From assembly GCA_001949185.1 (NCBI GenBank), contig BDGG01000001.1, positions 4,019,624-4,083,623 of the forward strand: a stretch of DNA of 64,000 bases. Reading direction: 5' to 3'. Positions 47,862-58,871 of the stretch are shown here, piece after piece. Position 1 is the stretch's first letter. The number at the start of each line of letters is the position of its first letter. This DNA is from Ramazzottius varieornatus (Eukaryota; Animalia; Tardigrada). The notes below the pieces were generated by a model, which searched no databases, was not told where the DNA came from, and saw only the letters and a program-made list of their open reading frames with translations. A program made the translations under genes and the position numbers.

Positions 47862-50170
47862 ATGTCAGATCTTCACTTCCAGCCGCAGGGTGCCAACAAG
47901 ATGTCGCACCAAAACGATGGTCAAGAAGTCTACTGCGTGTGCAGAACATCCGATATCTCCCGATTCATGATGTAAGTTGTTTGCGTCTGAGTATTCTGTT
48001 TTCTCGACACAAAAACAAAGTACGTGCATGTCTTCCGTATGATCACAGAGCCTGTGAAAAGTGCGATGAATGGTACCACGGAGACTGCATCCATCCCCCA
48101 ATGACGGCAAAATCCTCCAAGAATATCGAGAAATATTACTGCGAAGCTTGCACCAGTAAGTGTTTACGTTCCGAGCAAAATATGTACACCAGTTGTAAGG
48201 AATTCTGCTCTGTTTTAGAAATCGATCCAAATCTGGTAATCACCTACAAGCCCGTCAAGGAACGGAAGAAATCGTCGTCGACGAAGAAAGCGCTCAAAAC
48301 ACCGTCAGCAAAGTCGGCAGCAAAGAAAGCCAAACGACCTGTTTCTCCATCGTTGTCACTCCACTCACATACGTCTTCGAAATCCTCAGCAATATCCTCG
48401 AAGGCGAACGTGAAAGTGGAGCCTGGTACTGACAGTACATCTGGTTCTTCTAAATCCAGCACAAGCGACGACTCAGATAACTGGGATGCAGAGTTGAAGT
48501 TGAATGCTGCGAGGCCTCGGCTGAACTCAGTCCAGTCGGATACTCCGACACAACCAAAGCCCCGATGTAAACCTGGTCCAAAGCCGAAATTAGATGGAGT
48601 GAATCGACAACGTAAACCTTCCGGGGCAAGTAGTATCAAGTCTGGTGGTCCGAAAAAGAGTGGGACGAAAGACATCAAGAAGGGTCCGAAGAAACCGAAG
48701 AGTCCAGCTGTACTTTCGACTGCTCAACCTGTGCAAAATTCCAGTCTCTCCGCGTTGGCGCCAAGAGTCTCTCCTCCGAAGGTAAGAGCGTTTCCTTCGG
48801 CTTTGCAGTTCTCATTCGTTGACTTTATTAATCTGTCATTTTCAGCCACCGCGAACCATTAAAAGAAAGGCTCCCATCATCCATCGCGCGAATGATGATG
48901 AGGCTTCGTATGGCGAACCGGAAGATTACCCAGGTTTCGACGTTGACGCGTTGCGCCAGTGCTACGGACTGAATTGCCGCTTCGCTGCTGCGCCGTACTC
49001 CAAGTACTGCTCCGATGAATGTGGAAGGGCCTTAGCCCGAGCGTGAGTAGCACTGTCGCTTCTCATGACGAAAATTCTTGGTTTCACGCTATTGGGTTAT
49101 TTGCAGACGGTTACTGCATTACATGCCGCTGAGACTGGCGGATACAGGAGATGTCGAGGCTGCTGCCACACAAGCCAACAACAAAGAGATGGACGAAGTT
49201 CGAAAGAAGCTGGCACAGTGCAAAACTTCGCTGGAAACTATGACAGCGAATAAGATGGGACTGGAAAGACTGATCATCGCGGGCAAGATGGTCGAGCCGG
49301 TGTCGGAAGAGAAGGAAAGGGACAGTGAGGATGAAGCGGATCGCAACTTGGATGTCCACTGCATCACCTGCGGAGCGCCAATATCTTCCAAACTAGCCAT
49401 CAAGCACTTCGAACGATGCTTCAACAGAGTATGTCTTTCACTCCAGTGTTTTCATATAGTACCTGGGACGTCGGCAAATGACTTGAACATGATCGTTTTC
49501 TAAAGCGGCACACACTGGTAGCCAATTACACTGAAAACGTGGGCCACTTGACACAGCGATATGGTCAGGCGTTAGCGACGTCCCACATTGTAATTTCACT
49601 GCAGTATCAGTTCAAATATAACATGCGGTGTTTTCTGCAGGTGGAGAATCAGACTTCTTATGGTTCACTGCATCCTGCGCCGAACTCCATTTTCTGTGAC
49701 GTCTTCAACCCAAAGAACAAGACATACTGCAAGAGGCTTAAAGTCATCTGTCCCGAGCACTACAAAGACGCCTTCGAAGACACGGGCGTCTGCGGTTTCC
49801 CTTTGCCGGACAATAAGCATAGTTTCAGCGGAGTCTTTTGCAACAGCTATCGCAAAAACTGTACGCGACATCCTTCGTGGGAAAGAATTCGACGAGCTGA
49901 AATCGACTTGGAAATTCTGCGAACGGTTGGTAATCTTCGCTCTTTAGCATATTACGGTACTGGTTGAGGATTGTTGGTTGAAGAAGCTTTTTCCCACTCT
50001 TGTAGTACATCAAAATGGAAGAGCTTGCAGAACAAGAGTCCGTCTTGATGAGGACAATCCAAGCACGAGGTGGAATCGTGCAGAACTTGCTGAACTGGAC
50101 TACCAAGAACGAAGAGCCTACAGGAACTTCCTTGAAGATCGAACAAGACGAAGACATCGTATGTGATTAG
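47862..50170 (+). CDS. CXXC1: Cfp1/CXXC1 (Set1/COMPASS subunit, Spp1 homolog)
   Basis: N-terminal PHD VYCVCRTSDISRFMI|ACEKCDEWYHGDCI...YYCEAC; RQCYGLNC...SKYCSDECG; VHCITCG..AIKHFERCFNR|VENQTSYGS; IFCDVFNPKNKTYCKRLKVICPEH; CTRHPSWERIRRAEIDLE; stop at 50168-50170. Confidence 0.93.
49461..49592. repeat. Palindromic dispersed element copy (intron of CXXC1)
   Basis: gggacgtcggcaaa...gatcgttttc, then aaagcggcacac (49502-49513), 25-nt spacer, gtgggccacttg (49539-49550)...gcgacgtccc. Confidence 0.85.
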
Positions 50171-50598
50171 TAATTCAAGGTATCATTACATCCCTTTCCC
50201 AATTAGGCTTTTAGCTACAGTGACAGTAACTCCGACTTTGCTTACGCCGTTCTGATACTCATTCTAGCAAGAACACTTTGCTTTCATGAGGTAAGCTTGG
50301 AAAACGGCTGCAGTATCATCATTCGTTCAGTTGAAAAACCTGTTTTGAAAGATCAACGTTGCCGAATAAAAGTTCCGTTTCGGAAAAGGAGAGCTAAAGA
50401 TACACGATGACATGTAACGGACTGACAACTACCGGAGTGTTTTTCACCCGTAAGAAGAAACAAAGTAGCATTAAGATAACATGATCGTAAAGAAATTAAG
50501 AACGAAGCTACAGGTGAAACCGTAAGACGGAACAAATAGGTGTGGCTTTTCCTGCAGCTAAACAGATTCCGGTTTACTCCAGTACATTAGATATACAG

Positions 50599-51688
50599 CT
50601 ATGTCGGTGACGCCGCCGGTCTTTTTGCAGGATCGTGGTTGGAATTGAAGTTATAGATCCGATTGGATATCCTGCGAAGCACGGCGAGATTGGTGAGAAA
50701 CCGTTGTTCGTTAAGCTGAGCTTCTGGTACCTCGTGTGGTGCGTCGTGTGGTCTTCCTGGAACGTCCCCATGTAGGTCGTCACTGAGGGGATTTAGCTTG
50801 TCAGAGATGACTTGCCCGTTCCTCGGTATCGTCCTCTCCGCTGTTGCGGGTCTGGAAAGATCGAGAACTGGCTGACGCCTCGCCGCAGCAATTCCTTCCC
50901 TCTCGCACCAGGTTCGATAAGCAAACTTCCAGCAGAAGTTCACGTACTTCCGCCGAACTACGAGAGCGAACAAATTGTACACACTGCACTGCTCATGAGC
51001 TGTTGAATCTTTGAGAATTGTCTCACCTTCCGCGTTTGCCCAGACTGCGGTTTCCGCTGTGGACAAAAACAGCTGGATAAGAAATCTCTCCGAAGATATC
51101 GTGCCGGTTCTTATCACGTACCAACTGAACCACTTTCGCGCACAAGTTGTTTGTAGAATGCAGTCAGCGTGCTCTTCACATGTACATCGAGCTTCGGATG
51201 TTCGCGGGCCATGTACTCACTCCACACTCCAAATGTCTGCAAGAAATGTGATGTTATGAAGACTGAGATGTAAATTTTCCTGTTTCTAACACCGAAGTCT
51301 AAGCGGGAATAGTCTTTTTTCACTTACGCACTTTCTCTCGGGGGAACAGGAGTGTTCGCAATACGTAACCCGAATAACAAAGCGCGAAAACGCCCGAAAA
51401 TGTCGCAGCTTTCTCGTAAATTGGTCCAATTTCGTATTTCCGCAAAGCTCCCGGTAACGACATTACTAGGACGTCGTACAGCAAAGGAAGCATTGCCGAC
51501 ATCAGTACTGAACGATAATATCGCAAGATGTCGTGCTTGGATGTGACGAAGAAGCGAAGTGCTGTAAAATAACTGTCAGCGGCTGACTTGATGGGTTCGC
51601 TATATGTGTGAACGGTGAACTTCCGGGTTCCTCCTCTTTCACCCATCCCGTAAAACCCGTTGTACCATCTCAGGAATGTCTCTTTCAT
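50599..51688 (-). CDS. Hypothetical protein with two hydrophobic segments, ~3 exons
   Basis: Three consecutive same-strand ORFs (51320-51691, 51114-51323, 50599-51117) bounded by plausible GT-AG sites; no family recognised. Confidence 0.55.
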
Positions 51689-51782
51689 CACAAAGTAACA
51701 TTTGTGCGAACTTATGATACACTGTCATTTGTACTTCGCCGACATTTCCGGGACGCATCTCCATGGTTGCATGTGCGTCGGT

Positions 51783-54185
51783 TCATTTGGGTTTGCCGGG
51801 TTTAGCCACTTGTGACTTCTGGATGGGCTCTGCTGCCGCCTCATGAATCAGCTTCTGTCGAGGTGTCAAATTCGCCGACTGAAATATCAAGAGTTCAACT
51901 TGCTTCTCGACGTATTTTCTTCCCTCCGATGCAGATGCAGCAGGTCCGTTGTCCACTTCGAGCTTCCGCTTGTCCTCTCGTAGACTTTGAGCAGCTCCCG
52001 GTTTTCCCAGTTCTTTGGCTTCTGACTGGTTTACTGGCCGCATTAGTGGCATTTTATGTGACTCAACCGGAAGTGGTGGCTGCTTTCTTGACAACATGGC
52101 TTGCTTTTTCAGCTCGTCCGAGCGTTTTAGCCGGCCATTCGGGCTTCGCTTCATGGTAGCAGCTGTTCCAAGTTTTTGTTTTGGTTTCTCCAAAGCGGTC
52201 CCTGGTGTACGCTTTGGTGTCACCGCGCATGATGTGCCGGTTTTGTTTTCTTTCTTTTCTTTCGCAGCTTCTTTGTTCAAGAGGGACATCAAACGACGAT
52301 GCCACTGATTCGAAGGTGTTTCAGGAGCTGGCTCGACATGATTCACCATCTCCAGGCTGTCCACACTTGAAGTTACCCGTAAGGGCATTCCGTTATCTAT
52401 AGCCGCGTTCGTGCCTGATGTATCTTGTCTGGTCTTTTGCAGGGATATCTTCGGAATAGGCTGCCCATCACCGAAATGGACAACGTACAAAGCAGTTACG
52501 AATGACATTATCACGGTGTCCATGCTAACGAAGATGGACGACAGGAGCGGATGCCCAATGTCTGGAAGAGGTCTGAACGACGTCAACATTTCGCCTGTCA
52601 GAAGATGCCAGACGTTGATGGAACCGTCCGTGCAACCAGTAACTACTCTGCACATATATTCGGTCATCCCACAGATTCGATGCTGATGCGCCATCGTACG
52701 TTTAGGTAATGAATGGCCGTTCCAGACTTCCCACACATATGCATTTCGTCCAGCAGCTCCGACGCAGAAGTACGCATTGCAAGTAAGTTCCGATACTTTC
52801 GGTATTGTTCCCCGTGAATTGAAGTTGAAGATCTTTCGCACAACGCTTTTCGTAGAAGGGTGGAGGGATGCTACGAGGATTCCAAGACGTCCTACAGTGA
52901 AACAGCAGAAGACTTGTTTATGAACACAGACTTTCGTCACGGGATGATCGTCCTTCCAAGCATGCCCACTGGGCTTGATGGAAAACTCCACCACGTCGTT
53001 CTTCGGATTCCACTGCGCTACCCTAGTCTGGCTAGTCCCGACGGTCAAAGACTGGTGGTTTGTACTCACATACGTGAAGCTTTCTTCCACATGATGGGTC
53101 GTTAGATGTTTGCCCGTATCCCAGCGGTTGTCTTTATAGTGAAAAGATTGAATTAACGTCGGACCCGTCTGGATGAAGAGGAAGACACCATCGCTGGACA
53201 TGGTCATACGGATGACAGGTATGTCCCCTGGTGTGCGAACAGTAGCTAGAGGTTGAAACGGAGAGGCTTTTGAGGCTCTGGGGTGTAGTGCGTGAATTTC
53301 TACCGCCGGACTCTCCGGCGATTTTATGGCAACAACGTCCATGGAAGCCGCTAACTGAGGCACGTTTCTTCGGCATTTGAAAAGCTTAATGGGGTGAGGT
53401 TGCGAACAGAATATGTTCTTCTCGTGAAGTGTCACTACGCCTACTCCCGATAAATCGAGAAAAGTTTCCTTACTGAAGTTCGGATCCGGACTTGACGGGA
53501 TTAGACTTTTCACTTCCGGTTCGAGCTGTTTGACTGGTTCCGGTGTCTTGACTGGTGGAGTCTTATTAGACTTCCCTTTAGGGATTTTGCTTTGCTTGAC
53601 AGACATTACGGGTTCAGGAAGAGCGGGAGCCAGTTTCTCAAGTTCGACGCAGATATACAGAATCAGCGGATAGTCCAGCGTGGAGAGGTACTTCAGAAGG
53701 AATATTTTTTGGCAAGAGACGTCAGTCGTCCGAAACCATTCGATAAGGTCCGTCAGCTCAGCAATCAGTTCTTTAAGCTTACCGAAAGGAGTTTTGCCTT
53801 GAAGAACCACGCCATCACCAATACCCGCTCTTCCAACGAGATCTCTAGTTACGTCGTCGGTGGCCGGAGAGAGAGGATTGACCAGAGGTTTCATGATATC
53901 CAGCAAGGACAGAATCAATTTAGGGTCAAGAGTTTCCGCAAAGCACAGAAATACTTCTCTACGCCATGACGCAGTTATCTGCAAAGTCCATTTGAGGAGT
54001 GTATAAAGCTTTTCCTCAACGGTACATCGGCGACAGATACCGCAGGATAGCAGGTTTTCGGCACTGCTGCCGGCGGATCCACAGCGGATATTTCCCAGTT
54101 TCACGCAGTTTGGTACTTGCGAAGGTTCGTCTAGGCTAAACATAGGCGGATCTTTTTCTTTATTACCGTCTTGAGTGGAAGTCAT
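51783..54185 (-). CDS. Intronless WD40-repeat protein, FBXW10-like (~800 aa)
   Basis: Uninterrupted 821-codon ORF, first ATG at 54185. WD motifs (NAYVWEV, HQHRICGM..VVTGCTDGSINVWHL). The N-terminal CGICRRC...KW...RREVF and LIEWF...QKIFLLKYL repeats resemble the FBXW10/CDRT1 N-terminus. Confidence 0.7.
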   Translation of the reverse strand: MTSTQDGNKEKDPPMFSLDEPSQVPNCVKLGNIRCGSAGSSAENLLSCGICRRCTVEEKLYTLLKWTLQITASWRREVFLCFAETLDPKLILSLLDIMKPLVNPLSPATDDVTRDLVGRAGIGDGVVLQGKTPFGKLKELIAELTDLIEWFRTTDVSCQKIFLLKYLSTLDYPLILYICVELEKLAPALPEPVMSVKQSKIPKGKSNKTPPVKTPEPVKQLEPEVKSLIPSSPDPNFSKETFLDLSGVGVVTLHEKNIFCSQPHPIKLFKCRRNVPQLAASMDVVAIKSPESPAVEIHALHPRASKASPFQPLATVRTPGDIPVIRMTMSSDGVFLFIQTGPTLIQSFHYKDNRWDTGKHLTTHHVEESFTYVSTNHQSLTVGTSQTRVAQWNPKNDVVEFSIKPSGHAWKDDHPVTKVCVHKQVFCCFTVGRLGILVASLHPSTKSVVRKIFNFNSRGTIPKVSELTCNAYFCVGAAGRNAYVWEVWNGHSLPKRTMAHQHRICGMTEYMCRVVTGCTDGSINVWHLLTGEMLTSFRPLPDIGHPLLSSIFVSMDTVIMSFVTALYVVHFGDGQPIPKISLQKTRQDTSGTNAAIDNGMPLRVTSSVDSLEMVNHVEPAPETPSNQWHRRLMSLLNKEAAKEKKENKTGTSCAVTPKRTPGTALEKPKQKLGTAATMKRSPNGRLKRSDELKKQAMLSRKQPPLPVESHKMPLMRPVNQSEAKELGKPGAAQSLREDKRKLEVDNGPAASASEGRKYVEKQVELLIFQSANLTPRQKLIHEAAAEPIQKSQVAKPGKPK

Positions 54186-54391
54186 CTTAAGATTTGGAAC
54201 CCGGAAATTGTTAGACAGGTGCAGAATAGAGTGGCTAGGAAAGAGCAAAAGAGGTCAAGATGGAGGAGTAACGAAGCCAGACGAAATCCAACGGCTAAAT
54301 TACGCAAGTGCGTTTATTACTTCCGACGAAGATGCTTCGCAACCGTCCCGTAGGATAGTTTTGCAGGCGCCAGTTCATCTACCGACCAAAG

Positions 54392-56309
54392 TCAGGAAGG
54401 CTTGGCACTGGTACTGATATTTACGTCCCAAACATAGGGTTCCCAGTCATTCTTGCTTTTGTCTCCAGTATGCCGAGCTGGCTTTGCCTTTGCCAAGAGT
54501 ATCTTCAGCTTGTCAAGGTCCGAAGATGCATCGGCGGTGGTTAGAGGTGGGCAGTTGCATTTTTGCCGTAACTCTATAGCCTGAAAGAATCATTCAAATA
54601 ATTGATGTTTTTGTCCTGAGCTTTGATTGATGACCTCACTAATACTGTATGAAGATATGCGAGTACCTTTGGAGTGGCCGCATTCAGCAGGTTGGCTCGT
54701 TCTTCATGGCTAGGATGTGTACTGAGATAGGATAAGATAGTTCTCGCGGTATCTCCGACGTGATGCTCCCTGGCTTTGTCGCTGATGGCTCCGAGTAACT
54801 GCATCCGCGTCCAGAAAACTGAGTTCTCTCGGACATCAAAGCACGCTTTTGCGGTGAGGTTGAGTCCTACCGTGTCGGCCTCACGCTCCAGCAGCCGATG
54901 TCTCGGCAGGATGAACGCCACCTAGTTGAGTTCAACACAGTCGGTACTCGTACTAGTCTTTACGAATTTAGTCGAGAAGAGATGAAGAACCTTGATTGCT
55001 TTGTACATCAGCACAGTGGCGAAGAACGCAACCCATTTAGAAGCTAAAACAGACCATAGCCAGGTAACAAAAGCAAGGGCGCCAACTTCGGTGCAAAACT
55101 GGAGGCTGTGAAGTTCAACCTAAAATGCATGTTTTCCTGAATGGTAGATGAACATTGAACGGAAGTACTATTTTGATGGGGTTAAATGTGTGAGAGACCC
55201 ACCGGCGTACCACATGATCGAGTAGCGCATGGGAGAGTTCGTGCCCAAGAACAACAGCGAGCTGATTTTCATTCTTAGCGATCTCCAGGATGCCGCTGAA
55301 CACAAAAATATGGCCTGTCTGAACACAAAGCAAGCTACAAAGTTAGCTTGAATAGGTTCTGGTTGATGTGGATCAAGTTAGAATCCAACAATTTACCGGC
55401 ATCACGAAGGCATTCTGTTGTTCGCTTTCCACCACGCTGATCCGCCACTTTCTTTGTCTGACGTTCGGCGCATTGGCATTTTCTTTTAATATTTGAGTGA
55501 TGACGTTTTGGACTGTTTTGTAGGCAGTATGATCAGTAGGCAGGAGAGTTCCTTTGAGCACGTGGAAGAGCTAGAAGCATACTGCGTTCTTACGAAACAC
55601 TTGATAGTTTCTGGTTGGAACATAGATATTCATAGCGTACCATGTCTTTTTCCATCTCAATCAAGGGCTCAAACTGATCGATGGTGAACATGATGAATCG
55701 TTTTCTACCCGTGATGGGTGTGTTTTCCAAATGGAATACAAAGAAGGCCACGGAAGATACGACGATAGCTACCGCAACACCCAATAGCTGGTTCTTGTAT
55801 TTGGCTAATACATGGTGCTGAGAATCAATAGCTAACCATTTTCGCCGAACTCGTCTGTGGAACAATAACACCTATCATAATAATTTTTACTAAATGGAAC
55901 GTCGGCAAATGAATTCACCCAGATCATATCCCCAGTGGCGCACGCTTTCAGCCAGTATCAAGGAAATCATGCGCGACTTGAGGTAACGATATGGGGAAAT
56001 TATTAATTTTTGCGGACGCCTCAAATGCTATCAATACTGAAACTGCTGTTGGTGGTTTCGGGCTCACCTTCCAATGAAAGCAGCTACGGGAATTCCAACC
56101 ACTTTTATGGCAATCGGTGGGATAACAGGGACAAAGCGTCGCGATGTGGTGAAGAAAAGGCGAACTTGGAATTTTTTGTGGAATATTGCTGTGGTGCCGA
56201 GGTTGCTCTTTCCTGGTAGGCGAGTACAAGAGGAGAAACGAAACTGGGAGGCTTTGCTTGGTAAGCTGGATAAGGCTTTTCTCGTGACGGCATGATAGAC
56301 ATTGATCAT
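54392..56309 (-). CDS. OMA1: OMA1 mitochondrial zinc metallopeptidase (M48 family); start approximate
   Basis: [13 protein letters not shown]; QNAFVMP|[31 protein letters not shown] (HEXXH); [19 protein letters not shown]; [12 protein letters not shown]; CNCPPL; stop at 54392-54394. Confidence 0.95.
55893..56028. repeat. Palindromic dispersed element copy (intron of OMA1)
   Basis: ggaacgtcggcaaa...gatc, then ccagtggcgcac (55932-55943), 25-nt spacer, atgcgcgacttg (55969-55980)...tttgcggacgcc. Confidence 0.88.
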
Positions 56310-56894
56310 TTCTTTCTTCTCATAATGGAAGATTAAATGTGGCACTTACGCTTATTTTGTTCCGAAAGGTTATTGACTGCTTTGTGTTTTCCGTGCATGG
56401 TGAAACTTCAGTCCAAGGTGACCTTCGGGTCATCAAGATTTGTGGGTTAATTGTGTATGGTTCTTCAGGCTAGTCAACCAGAATAGTGCATGACAACAGC
56501 TAAGAGATAGCTGACCGGAAAGATGAGGTGAAGTGACAGCACGTTGAAAGAAGCAGCGTAGGGCCGGAGATTGATTTTTTAAAACTACCTACATAAAACA
56601 TGAGGATGAAAAGGTTGGATTGAATGTTTCTTTGCAGGAGCGTTGCATTCCATGTGGGACGTTTTCGGTGTCGATACCATTCAAGCGGTTCGGGGTAGCC
56701 GTGCGGTGAGCATCTGTGTCGTGAGCTAGCGAAAGGTGAAGCTTTGGCCAGTACAACTATATAGAGAAGATTCTCAAAGCGTTTGGGAATATAGTGAGCA
56801 AGCTCGGTAAAGTACGATATTAGAAGTTCTTCCAGTAAGGTTAACTGTGCATGAGGAGCGTTGGCAAGGGCGGGTGAAGCGCGGGAGAAAGCAA

Positions 56895-58871
56895 CTACTG
56901 CATGTTCAGCCAGTATGTCGTCATGCTTGTCTTTCCCTTGATGTTGATGATACCGCGCTCAGTGACGGAGAACTCTGGAAAGTCCTTTAGCAGGTCCGCA
57001 GAGGCCGTACTCATGTGGATGCGCTTAGCTTCACCATGGGACGTCATGCGGGAGGCCGTGTTGACAGTATCTCCGAACCTGATAGTGAAGCAGGTTCGAA
57101 AACCGGAACTTGCGAACTCTGATATACTGTACAAGCATTCTAGGGCTACTTACAGGCAGTATCGAGGTCGACGGAAACCCACAACTCCAGCCGCGCAAAC
57201 ACCGGAGTGTAGCCCAATACGCAAGCTCAGTCCTCTGGACAGAGCTTGTGTGATCAAGCGACGAGCCAAGATGCAGATCTCCCGAATGTGAATGTTCCCG
57301 TTGCGTTCAGGCAAACCGCTTGCGACCTACAGTACATGAGAATGATTCTGTAGGCTCGTTAAGTTAGCCCTATGCAGCTTGCGTCTTTGTCGTTACCATG
57401 TTGGTGTCGCCAACTGCCTCCACCTTGTAGACGTCCAGGTCGACCAAGGTTGTATCGAACATGACTTCCACGTCGTTCAAGATCTTGGTGGCTTCGAAGG
57501 GTGTGATGGTCTGAACGTAGTCAGCAAAGCCGTAGAGATCTCCGAAAAGGATGGTGACGCAGTCGAAGAGCTCCGGCACGACTGTGATACCCATCTTGAG
57601 CTGCTTCACCACCGAGCTATGGGTAGAACGGTTTTTGGAAAAATACAGTCTGGTAAAATTCAGGACATATGATGATGAAAAATAATAATTTTGGTGTTCG
57701 GAGGTCTTACGAGGGCAAGATTTGACGCAGCAGCTGATCACATTTGGCGCTTTCCGCTATCAAGTCCGCCGTTCGTTCAGCCACCTTGTGTTCCAGCTCT
57801 CCAGCGTAGATTTCCAAACGGTGAATGATCTTGTCCATCAGACTCATGTTCTTTTTCTCATAAGCCGAAGAACCCTCCGCCACTTCGTCCAGGGCAGCTC
57901 GCAGTTGCGACAGCGAAGGACGAGCCGTCGGGTTCTGTTCCCATGACTGAGCCAGGACATTTTGAAAGCGTGGTGGAATAGCCAGGTCCGACTTGCTTCG
58001 GAACTTCAGGGGGTTTAGTTGTCCTTCGCAGATATGGGTGACAATCTCTGTAGTGTAAACATTTGCGTAGTTTAGTGTTCCCTCGGGGTCGGTGTTCACT
58101 TGATCGGCTAAACATACCTTCTGGTGTCAACAAGGTTACGCCTTCGTAAGGTTGTGACTGCGTGAAGATTTCGAACAAGATGACACCGACGGAGTAGACA
58201 TCCGTCATCTTGTTCGGCTCGATTTCTCCACGAAGAATCTCGGGAGCTGTCCAGAAGGCTGTGTGCTCTTTGAACAAGGCTCGTGTTTGAGCCTTTGCCG
58301 CTTCTTGTACCATCTCTTCGGCAATGCGCTTGAAGGCCAGTTCGGAGATCTTCAAGGTGAAGTGCTTATCGATCAGGCAGCGCCAACCAGTCAAGTACCC
58401 GTGTAGACCCAGTGGGGAACGATGGATGTATTTCATACCCTACATATATCAGAGAATGTTCACATGCGCCACCTGTGTTCTAATCTGAGAAGTTTTCGTC
58501 ACGCTTGGCGGGGGAATTGAACAGGTCGGTTTCGTGAGTGGCGCACGTCTCCAGCCAGCAACAACGAGAAGGTGCGCCACTTGAAACAATCTGGTTAATC
58601 AGCTCATTTGCTCAGCTGCCATGGTGGTGTTATTCGCGTGTTTTCCCATTCTTTTAAAAATACTGTTTGAGGCAGTAAGTTTACCTCGAGTAGGTCGATC
58701 ATGAAGGAGTTTCGAAACTGCCAGTCCAGTTCGGTGGTGGACTCGAAGAGATCGTGAAGGGAACCTTTGGCGGCATACTCGCTGACAAGGACCGCGTTCA
58801 GTTGGTCTTCTTGAGGAATGATGGCGATACCTATGAACTTGCTGACGTTTTCGTGCTTGACATCTCGGAGC
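56895..58871 (-). CDS. Receptor-type guanylate cyclase, intracellular part (kinase-homology, coiled-coil, cyclase); 5' exons unresolved or decayed
   Basis: LRDVKHENV; [10 protein letters not shown]; [10 protein letters not shown]; FWTAPE..DVYSVG; [19 protein letters not shown]; [11 protein letters not shown]; [10 protein letters not shown]; [12 protein letters not shown]|[11 protein letters not shown]; [11 protein letters not shown]. The GTP-specifying Glu and Cys are retained. Confidence 0.9.
58503..58622. repeat. Palindromic dispersed element copy (intron of guanylate cyclase)
   Basis: tgagtggcgcac (58535-58546), 25-nt spacer, gtgcgccacttg (58572-58583). Confidence 0.88.
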
